Shown: positions 35,259-42,686 of the stretch, one piece after another
Layout of the letters: the number at the start of each line of letters is the position of its first letter
Position numbering within the stretch: position 1 is the stretch's first letter
Origin: Candidatus Dojkabacteria bacterium
Lineage (GTDB): Bacteria; Patescibacteriota; Dojkabacteria; SC72; JAHDCA01
Length of the DNA: 64,000 bases
NCBI GenBank assembly: GCA_030583845.1
Contig: CP129478.1
Coordinates: 907,686-971,685 of the forward strand
Direction of reading: 5' to 3'
The notes under the pieces: generated by a model
The model's database searches: none
The model's input: only the letters and a program-made list of their open reading frames with translations
What the model was told of the DNA's origin: nothing
Made by a program: the position numbers and the translations under genes

Positions 35259-38200
35259 ATGAGCAAGTTCACGCACTTACACCTACATACCGAGTACTCG
35301 CTGCTCGACGGAACGATAAAGATCGCCAATCTTGTCGAGAAGCTTAAAGAGCTCGGCATGGATTCATGCGCCATTACAGACCATGGTGTGATGTACGGTG
35401 CCTACAAATTTTATAAGAGCCTGAAGGAGGCGGGGATCAAGCCGATAATCGGGTGTGAGGTATATGTCGCCCCGCGCGACCACAACCTGAAAGAAGCCGG
35501 AATAGACAATAAATATGCACATATGATCCTCCTGGCGCAAAACAAAACAGGATATATCAATTTAATGAAACTGGTGTCTGCAGGTCATATGGAGGGATAC
35601 TACTATAAGCCAAGAGTCGACATCGAGACATTAAAGAAATATTCAGAGGGATTGGTAGCAACATCGGCCTGTCTTGGCGGAGTTGTGGCAAGACATCTAA
35701 TGAACGGCGAAGATAAGAAAGCCGAGGAGATGGCCAAAATATTTGCTGAAATATATCCAGGCAGATTCTATATTGAAATCCAGCGAAATGGGATCACAGA
35801 GCAAGACGAGGTAAACCCGAAGCTGATTGAGATCGCGCGCAAGCTGGACCTCCCACTCGTGGCCACCTGCGATGCCCACTACCTGAACCAGGACGATGCA
35901 CTTGTGCAAGAAGTACTTTGGTGCATCGCCGACGGGAAAACTTTGGAAGATCCCACGCGACGCACATATATGTCGCAGGAATTGTATGTCAAAAGCAGCG
36001 AGCAGATAGCTCAGCTATTTGAAGATCTCCCGGAAGCTGTCGAAAACACGCAAAAAATTGCAGACAGCATCGAAGAGTACTCACTTAGCTTCGATCGTGT
36101 TGAGCCACGCTTTCTCGGCCTTCCGAAAGGAGAGACATCCGCATCCTATCTTAGGAAGCTTGCATATGAGGGTGCAGAAAAGAAATACGGCAAGATCGAC
36201 GAAGAGCTGCAGAAAAGAATCGATTATGAGTTAGAGGTAATTAATGAGAAAGGTTATAACGACTACTTCCTAGTTACGAGAGAATTCGTCATTTTTTGCC
36301 GCGAAAATGGGATTGTCGTAGGTATGCGAGGGTCAGGCTGTGGCTCGGTTGTAGCATACACAACTGACATTACCCATCTCGAGCCGATATCGTGGGAGCT
36401 CTATTTCGAGCGATTCCTCAATCCAGAGAGAAACTCACCACCCGATTTCGACATTGATATTGCTGACCGCAGGAGAGATGAGGTAATTCAATTTGCAATC
36501 GATCGGTACGGAATTGATAGTGTGAAACAGATCGGAACCTTCAGCAAGCTGCAAACGAGGCAGGCGATCAGGGACGTTTCGAGAGTGCTCGGAGTAGATC
36601 TAGCCGTCGCTGATCAGCTCTCGAAGATGGTTGAGATAGTATTCGGAAAGGCGAAAGATATTGACTATATGATCGAAAATAATAAAGAGTTCGCGCAGAT
36701 CGTCGAGTCTGATCCATTGAATAAGCGGATGGCCGACATCGTGAGGCGAATTGCAGGTCTCTGTCGTGGAGTATCTACACACGCATGTGGAATCATCATT
36801 ACCCCTGACGAGGTTTCAAACTATGTACCACTCCAGCGTGACTCGAAAGGCGAGGGTATTGGTATGACGCAATTTGAGATGTTTGATCTTGAGGAGGTTG
36901 GGGTAATGAAGTTCGACTTCCTGGGGTTGCGAAATCTGGGTGTGATAGGAGATTCAGTGGAGAAGATTAAAGGCTCTACTGGTGAAGAACTCGACCTTAT
37001 GTCAGTTGATGCGAACGATCCAGATACATACAAGCTTATTCAAAGCGGCCACACAGTTGGTATCTTCCAGCTAGAGAGCGAGGGGATGCGCAAGACTATT
37101 CGCGGATTGAAGCCAGAGACACAGGAAGAGATCTGCTACCTGCTGGCTGCCTATCGTCCTGGCCCTATGCAGTTCATTCCGGAGTATGTAGAGGTGAAGG
37201 AGGGCAAGAAGGAGGCCGAGTATCTTATGCCCGAGCTGGAGCCGATCTTGTCGATCACCAATGGCGTTATCACCTATCAGGAGCAGGTTATCAGGATTGC
37301 TGTGGATATCGCTGGCTACACGATGGGTGGTGCAGATATGCTCCGAAAAGCGATGGGTAAGAAGAAGATGGATGTGATGGAGCAGGAGAAACCAAAGTTT
37401 ATAGGTGGTGCAGTCGAGAAGGGCTTCAAACAGGAGAGCGTTGACCAGCTGTGGGAGAGGCTGCTTCAGTTCGCAAACTACGGCTTCAACAAGGCTCACT
37501 CTGCATCTTATGCGCTTGTGTCTTACTGGACCGCATACTTGAAGGCCCACTATCCGCTTGAATTTATGGCAGCACTCCTTGAGGGTGATCTGGATACATT
37601 TGATAGGGTTGTGATCGACCTGCAAGAGTGTGAACGGCTTGGGATTCAGGTGCTACCACCAGATGTAAATAAGAGTGATCATAAGTTTACGATTGATGGG
37701 AAAAATATCCGTTTTGGGATGGCGGCAATCAAAAATGTGGGCGAGGATGTGGTAAAGGTTATCGTTGAAGAGCGTGCCAAGAATGGCGAATACAGAAATT
37801 TCGATGACTTCGTTTACAGAAATATAGACAATAAAGTACAGAAGAGAGTTGTCGAGTACATGATCATGGCTGGAGCATTGGATTCACTTGGTGACAGGCA
37901 GCAGCTTATCGCTGCCCTACCTCTTGTTTACGATCGATATAAGCATGAGAAAACATCACAGAAATTAGGGCAGATAGATATTTTCTCAAGCGGACCGGCA
38001 GAGGTGCAGATGGTGCATATCGATCATCCAATGCAATTGCCTGAGGGCGAGCCTACTCCGGTATACCAGAAGCTAGAGTGGGAGAAAGAGCTGCTTGGAA
38101 TCTATGTCTCAAGCCATCCGCTTGATGATCTGCATGAGTTCTTTGCAAGCAAAGGCGCTATACCTATCAGTGAGTTACTGCAGAAAGAGGCTGGACGTAA

Positions 38201-38663
38201 AATATATGTTGTTGGTGGAATTGCTAGCAATGTGAAGCGCATCACAACAAAGAAAGGAGATCCGATGGCCTTCGTGACAGTGGAAGATAAGAGCGCGAGT
38301 ATCGAGATGGTGGTGTTTCCATCAGCGTTTGAAGAGGTTAAAGATGAGCTACTACCAAATAAGCCAATGCTATTTGCGGGTCGGCTCAATGACCGTGATG
38401 GCGATAAGAGCTTCATGCTCGAGAAAGCAAAGGTGGTTAATGCCGCAGCCCATGGCACAAACTTTAGCGGCGTTACATTTAAAATTAATGGTGTCCACAC
38501 AGAAGATGACGTGGTTGAGCTTAAGAAATTTATCAAAGATCACCCAGGAAATGTCCCTGTGAGAATTATAATGGTGAACGATGGTGAGAGTCATGTCATG
38601 AACCTCGAGAACAAGATTGCGGTCAACGATGAGGCGAAGCAGCTCATTTCCCGCTTCAGCTAG
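35259..38663 (+). CDS. dnaE: DNA polymerase III alpha subunit
   Basis: 1134 aa; the PHP domain starts 'HLHLHTEYSLLDG', followed by a polymerase core and a C-terminal OB domain. Confidence 0.95.
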   Translation: MSKFTHLHLHTEYSLLDGTIKIANLVEKLKELGMDSCAITDHGVMYGAYKFYKSLKEAGIKPIIGCEVYVAPRDHNLKEAGIDNKYAHMILLAQNKTGYINLMKLVSAGHMEGYYYKPRVDIETLKKYSEGLVATSACLGGVVARHLMNGEDKKAEEMAKIFAEIYPGRFYIEIQRNGITEQDEVNPKLIEIARKLDLPLVATCDAHYLNQDDALVQEVLWCIADGKTLEDPTRRTYMSQELYVKSSEQIAQLFEDLPEAVENTQKIADSIEEYSLSFDRVEPRFLGLPKGETSASYLRKLAYEGAEKKYGKIDEELQKRIDYELEVINEKGYNDYFLVTREFVIFCRENGIVVGMRGSGCGSVVAYTTDITHLEPISWELYFERFLNPERNSPPDFDIDIADRRRDEVIQFAIDRYGIDSVKQIGTFSKLQTRQAIRDVSRVLGVDLAVADQLSKMVEIVFGKAKDIDYMIENNKEFAQIVESDPLNKRMADIVRRIAGLCRGVSTHACGIIITPDEVSNYVPLQRDSKGEGIGMTQFEMFDLEEVGVMKFDFLGLRNLGVIGDSVEKIKGSTGEELDLMSVDANDPDTYKLIQSGHTVGIFQLESEGMRKTIRGLKPETQEEICYLLAAYRPGPMQFIPEYVEVKEGKKEAEYLMPELEPILSITNGVITYQEQVIRIAVDIAGYTMGGADMLRKAMGKKKMDVMEQEKPKFIGGAVEKGFKQESVDQLWERLLQFANYGFNKAHSASYALVSYWTAYLKAHYPLEFMAALLEGDLDTFDRVVIDLQECERLGIQVLPPDVNKSDHKFTIDGKNIRFGMAAIKNVGEDVVKVIVEERAKNGEYRNFDDFVYRNIDNKVQKRVVEYMIMAGALDSLGDRQQLIAALPLVYDRYKHEKTSQKLGQIDIFSSGPAEVQMVHIDHPMQLPEGEPTPVYQKLEWEKELLGIYVSSHPLDDLHEFFASKGAIPISELLQKEAGRKIYVVGGIASNVKRITTKKGDPMAFVTVEDKSASIEMVVFPSAFEEVKDELLPNKPMLFAGRLNDRDGDKSFMLEKAKVVNAAAHGTNFSGVTFKINGVHTEDDVVELKKFIKDHPGNVPVRIIMVNDGESHVMNLENKIAVNDEAKQLISRFS

Positions 38664-38707
38664 GGATAATTGCTATAATAGTGCTGTTAACCTGAGCAGC
38701 AGATACT

Positions 38708-40207
38708 TTGCAGCCCGATATCGAACTTAAAAAACAGCTCGATCTTCTCCCAAACCGTGTTGGTGTGTATAAGTTTTACGACTCTGAAGATACGCTTCTA
38801 TATGTGGGCAAAGCGGTCAACCTTTACGCTAGAGTTTCCTCATATTTCCGTGACGACCATTTTGACCGTCCACACATCATCCCGATGATCCCCAAAATCA
38901 TCAGGATTGATTATATTGAGACAGAAAATGAGATTGAGGCGCTTGTTCTTGAGTCTGCGCTGATCAAAAACAACCAGCCTAGGTATAACGTCTTGCAGAA
39001 AGATGATAAGTCATATGCATGGCTTTACATCACAACACAAGAAGAGATACCGAAGATCTATATCGTGCGGTCAACTTCTATTGAAAGCCTGAAGAAGGGG
39101 AAGCTTTTCGGCCCATATCCAAGTGGTCGTGCAGTGCGGCAGGTTTATAGATATATCAGAAAGCTTCACCCATTCTGTACATGTAATTCTCCGACTAAGC
39201 CCTGCCTCTACTATCACCTCGGCATGTGTATTAATCCAGCATTTGGCGAGCACACGGTAGAGGAGTATCGAAATAATATTGATGAAATAATCAAATTTCT
39301 CGACGGGAGGAAGAAGAGGCATGTCACTGATCTGGAGAGGCAGATGCGAGAGTTTTCTAGCAATCGTGAATTTGAGAAGGCTGCACTACTGAGAGATAAG
39401 ATCGAAGACTTAAAGCATCTGGGTAATAAGATAGATGTAGGCTATAGCGGAGCCGAGGAGGAGTATATCGAAAACCGTAATAAAATGCTCAGAAATGAGC
39501 TCGACGGCATCTCAAAGCAGCTCGGTCTTGCCCAGGTATCTCGCGTTGAATGCTACGATATCTCCAATATCCAGGGAACCTTCTCTTACGGCTCTATGGT
39601 TGTCTCCGAGGAGGGCGTAACAGATCCTAAGCAATATCGCGTATTTAAAGTGAAAAGTGTTGAGGGTAGTGATGACTTCGCAAGCCTCCGCGAGGTGCTT
39701 ACAAGAAGGCTTAAGCATATCGACACCAATGTAGAGGATGAAAGTCTCTCTACGAAGCCTGACATTATTATGATCGACGGTGGAAAAGGGCAGCTTTCAG
39801 CTGTGATCGACCTGATACCAGACGATATCTTTCTGTTGGGAATCAGCAAGGGACGCAAATATAAGCGCAAGGGTGGCAGGAAGGTAGACGAGTTCTGGGT
39901 GGTACGAAACAGAGTTACCCTACAGATCCCGCTAAAGAAGCCAAGAATTCTTGTTACATTGCGAGACGAGGCTCACAGATTTGCATTGAAGCATCATCGA
40001 AAAGCGAGGAAAGCATATATGGAAAAATCATTGCTCGACTCGGTCAAAGGAATTGGTCCGAAAAAGAAAAAGCTACTTATGAAAGAGTATGGCTCGGTCA
40101 AAACGATGTGGGAAGCTGGCCCCGACAGTGTGAGATCGGTGCTCAAGGATCAGAAGCTTGTAGATGCGCTGTTCATCGAGCTAAAGAAGCGGTATGGATC
40201 AAACTAA
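38708..40207 (+). CDS. uvrC: Excinuclease ABC subunit C
   Basis: 499 aa; GIY-YIG 'GVYKFYDSEDTLLYVGKAVNLYARV', UVR motif 'EFEKAALLRDKIEDLK' and a C-terminal RNaseH-like/HhH region. Apparent TTG start. Confidence 0.9.
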   Translation: MQPDIELKKQLDLLPNRVGVYKFYDSEDTLLYVGKAVNLYARVSSYFRDDHFDRPHIIPMIPKIIRIDYIETENEIEALVLESALIKNNQPRYNVLQKDDKSYAWLYITTQEEIPKIYIVRSTSIESLKKGKLFGPYPSGRAVRQVYRYIRKLHPFCTCNSPTKPCLYYHLGMCINPAFGEHTVEEYRNNIDEIIKFLDGRKKRHVTDLERQMREFSSNREFEKAALLRDKIEDLKHLGNKIDVGYSGAEEEYIENRNKMLRNELDGISKQLGLAQVSRVECYDISNIQGTFSYGSMVVSEEGVTDPKQYRVFKVKSVEGSDDFASLREVLTRRLKHIDTNVEDESLSTKPDIIMIDGGKGQLSAVIDLIPDDIFLLGISKGRKYKRKGGRKVDEFWVVRNRVTLQIPLKKPRILVTLRDEAHRFALKHHRKARKAYMEKSLLDSVKGIGPKKKKLLMKEYGSVKTMWEAGPDSVRSVLKDQKLVDALFIELKKRYGSN

Positions 40208-41526
40208 AATTCGAAGTCATCTTTCGTATAGCCGCTCCTCTTATCTTGTAAATTCTTCAGCATATAGTCAATCATCTGATTTTCGGTACTGAAAGATGTC
40301 AGCACAAACATCTGGCCACTGCGATAGTTTTCAAATACATACGCTGTGCCTCCCATTCCAGGAGCAGCAATTTGTGCTTCAAGCACACTTCTCCCTTCAT
40401 ACTCAATATAGGTCGAACTAACAACCTTCCATCCAGACCCTGAAAATTCTTCTTCTCTGTTTTCAGCCTCTCGCGAATCTGTTGTGTCGGAAAGTAGCCC
40501 ATCTGAGTTCGATCCTGATTCTGTGTCAGGCTTTGAGATATATGCATCATTGCTGTTTACCCTCTCGATAAATTCTACCAACATCACATCTGGAGGAAGC
40601 GAGCCCGCGCGACCAAGTGGCTCGAGGAAGACTTTTTCATCTTTGCCAATCTTTTTTAGCTCAACCCCTTGTGAATTTTCAATCTCAGTATCGTAGTAGC
40701 GGATCAGATACTCATTGGGAACTTTGAGATTCCATGGAAAGTGGGGGAGAAATTCGTTGCCTTCAGTCGAAGAGATAATAAGCTCTCGCTCATTTTCCAA
40801 GCGTACCTGGGCAGCAAGGCCCGATTTTGCTTCTTCAACTGAGATTTTCTGATACCAGATATCATTAAGCTTGTTATAGATTCTTAAGGCATTTTCTCCA
40901 TCTTTTTTGATCCAATACTCTCCATACATCATCTCGTTGGAGGTTCTTGGTACGGACAAGATATGCTCCCATCCTGATGATGGCAGGATAGCGTTGTAAT
41001 AATCTGCTACCTCCTTGAAGACTATATCCGGAGGGAGCCTGTAAACAGACTCGCCGTTAGAAAGGAATTTTTTGACGCTCTCCTCTTCAATATAATCCTT
41101 ATACACAAACTGTGAGCCAGGGTAAATCGGAAGCTCCTTGAAGCCAACAACCTTTTCTTTGGCGACAGCGACACCATTTACAGATTCAACCTTGCTAGCA
41201 CGGATAGAGACAACTTGGAGGATCCCTTGGTAGGCACCATAGATCACGAATAATGGGAGAATCATTATAGCTGCAACCTTAGCTACATTTCCAGCTGCTT
41301 TGCGAGCCTTGCCATATCCTTGGCGCTTCATTTTGGCCTTATTGCTGCTTTTGCGTGAGCTCAGGGCTCGCTTTATGCGACTAGGCTTCCTTCTGGCTAC
41401 AGGTTTTCTCTGGCGCTTGGCGTTTTTCTTAAAGCTCGAGGACATATATGTCTTTGCACCTTGTTGGCTGGTGCTACTGGCTTTCTTGGCGGCTTTTCGT
41501 TTAATCTTTTGAGGCTTCCTGGGCAT
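40204..41526 (-). CDS. Hypothetical membrane protein with about 75-aa Lys/Arg-rich cytoplasmic N-terminus and large extracytoplasmic domain
   Basis: 440 aa; N-terminus 'MPRKPQKIKRKAAKK…KMKRQGYGKARKAAG', one TM helix, then a roughly 340 aa ectodomain. Confidence 0.45.
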   Translation of the reverse strand: MPRKPQKIKRKAAKKASSTSQQGAKTYMSSSFKKNAKRQRKPVARRKPSRIKRALSSRKSSNKAKMKRQGYGKARKAAGNVAKVAAIMILPLFVIYGAYQGILQVVSIRASKVESVNGVAVAKEKVVGFKELPIYPGSQFVYKDYIEEESVKKFLSNGESVYRLPPDIVFKEVADYYNAILPSSGWEHILSVPRTSNEMMYGEYWIKKDGENALRIYNKLNDIWYQKISVEEAKSGLAAQVRLENERELIISSTEGNEFLPHFPWNLKVPNEYLIRYYDTEIENSQGVELKKIGKDEKVFLEPLGRAGSLPPDVMLVEFIERVNSNDAYISKPDTESGSNSDGLLSDTTDSREAENREEEFSGSGWKVVSSTYIEYEGRSVLEAQIAAPGMGGTAYVFENYRSGQMFVLTSFSTENQMIDYMLKNLQDKRSGYTKDDFEF

Positions 41527-41667
41527 AGTATAAATATATTACCATAAGTCTGGTAAATTATAGGACAATATTTTGCTTTATGACTTTGATCTTGGTCTGG
41601 ATTGCTAAAAGCGCGAAAGGATATTAAAATTGGTTGCCGTGATGGGTTTAGTGCGGCATGTTGATGC

Positions 41668-41738
41668 TGCGGGATCGTCTAATGGTAGGACACCGGCCTT
41701 TGAAGCCGAGAATCGGGGTTCAAATCCCTGTCCCGCAA
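41668..41738 (+). tRNA. tRNA-Gln (anticodon TTG)
   Basis: U1-A72 acceptor pair (TGCGGGA/TCCCGCA) typical of bacterial tRNA-Gln, anticodon loop CTTTGAA, T-loop TTCAAAT. CCA is not encoded. Confidence 0.8.
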
Positions 41739-41935
41739 CGTCCCGAGAGCGTAGCGATCGGTTGACGTGCGTGGATGCCACGTAGTGGCGCCCGCATCCA
41801 AGAACGAAGTGATTGGCAAGCACTCGTGGGTGTCGCGAAGCGACGCCCGCATCCGAGAGCGAAGCGATCGGCTGGTACTGGTGGATGCCGCGAAGTGAAA
41901 CGAAGCGGCGCCCGTATCCAAGAACGAACAATTAC
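41739..41935 (+). repeat. GC-rich tandem duplicated structured element between tRNA-Gln and nrdR
   Basis: Copy 1 spans about 41741-41809 and copy 2 about 41851-41929, sharing (t/a)tccgagagcg(t/a)agcgatcgg…tggatgcc(a/g)c…g(t/c)ggcgcccg(c/t)atccaagaacgaa. A third 'gacgcccgcatcc' lies at 41842-41853. Each copy folds as tggat-GCCRC-loop-GYGGC-gcccgy-atcca, with compensatory A-T to G-C changes. Local GC content is much higher than in the flanking DNA. Confidence 0.6.
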
Positions 41936-41939
41936 AACT

Positions 41940-42398
41940 ATGAAATGTCCGTACTGTGCTTCTACCAACTCAAAGGTAGTTGACAAAAGAAATAAAGAAG
42001 AAGGAATAATACGAAGGCGTAGAGAGTGTCTTAAATGCTCAAAGCGCTTCACCACATATGAACGCGTCGAAAATGTCGATCTCACCGTGGTCAAGAAAGA
42101 TGGGACACACGAGCAGTATAGCCGCGAGAAATTAACCAAAGGAGTGCGGAAAGCAGTCACAAATGCAGAGCTAAATATGGATCAGATCTCAAGCATGGTT
42201 GATGATATTGAGATGCATCTTCTAAGCATGGAGAGTACCGAGATCAACTCAAGTGAGATCGGCATGCTTGTACTCGAGAGGCTGAAAAAGCTTGACCCAC
42301 TTGGCTATATGCGTTTTGCATCAGTGTATAAAGATTTTCAATCTCTTGAGCAATTTAGAGATGAGCTGGACGAGCTGCTCAAAGAGTCAAAGAAGTAA
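41940..42398 (+). CDS. nrdR: Transcriptional repressor NrdR
   Basis: 152 aa; 'MKCPYCAST…CLKC' zinc ribbon plus an ATP-cone. The ORF-track entry 41775..42398 includes non-coding upstream repeat sequence. Confidence 0.9.
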   Translation: MKCPYCASTNSKVVDKRNKEEGIIRRRRECLKCSKRFTTYERVENVDLTVVKKDGTHEQYSREKLTKGVRKAVTNAELNMDQISSMVDDIEMHLLSMESTEINSSEIGMLVLERLKKLDPLGYMRFASVYKDFQSLEQFRDELDELLKESKK

Positions 42399-42450
42399 AT
42401 CTTCTCTGATTGATTTCATCACCTGTTACGATAGTGTTCGGCTTATAACC

Positions 42451-42467
42451 CCACATACAATTTGTGG
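42451..42467 (+). promoter_or_regulatory. NrdR-box-like palindrome upstream of nrdD
   Basis: ccACATAcAATtTGTGg is an imperfect 16-17 bp palindrome resembling the AT-rich NrdR-box consensus (acaCwAtATaTwGtgt). Confidence 0.35.
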
Positions 42468-42562
42468 AACATACCAATCCCACAACATTTCGGCTAAATA
42501 ATAATATAGGCCTAGCTCTTTGCTTGACTGGCACAACCTGTTGCGGTAGCTTGGTTGCAGAT

Positions 42563-42578
42563 GGCAATATATTGTGTA
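42563..42578 (+). promoter_or_regulatory. Second NrdR-box-like site upstream of nrdD
   Basis: ggcAATATATTGTGTa; the 3' half matches ATaTwGtgt exactly. Confidence 0.3.
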
Positions 42579-42686
42579 TGCTAAGCATTGTGAAGTGTGC
42601 ATTATTTTATCTGACTCCGCTAACCTATCATTCAGCCCAAGGCATAGAATGACAGGCTAACGGGATTAAATTAAATCGCACCAGCA

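Noticed and set aside
41739-41935. Possible small CRISPR array (GC-rich direct repeats next to a tRNA)
   Set aside because: Only two to three imperfect copies of about 75 nt with internal stem-loops and no regular repeat-spacer periodicity; no cas genes in the window. Treated as a structured non-coding element instead.
41605-42160. ORF-track entries 41605..41931(-), 41679..41921(-), 41720..42160(-) and the 41775 start of the nrdR ORF
   Set aside because: They lie over tRNA-Gln and the GC-rich repeat, where stops are rare. Their low-complexity Arg/Ser/Ala translations have no coding signature. nrdR proper starts at 41940.
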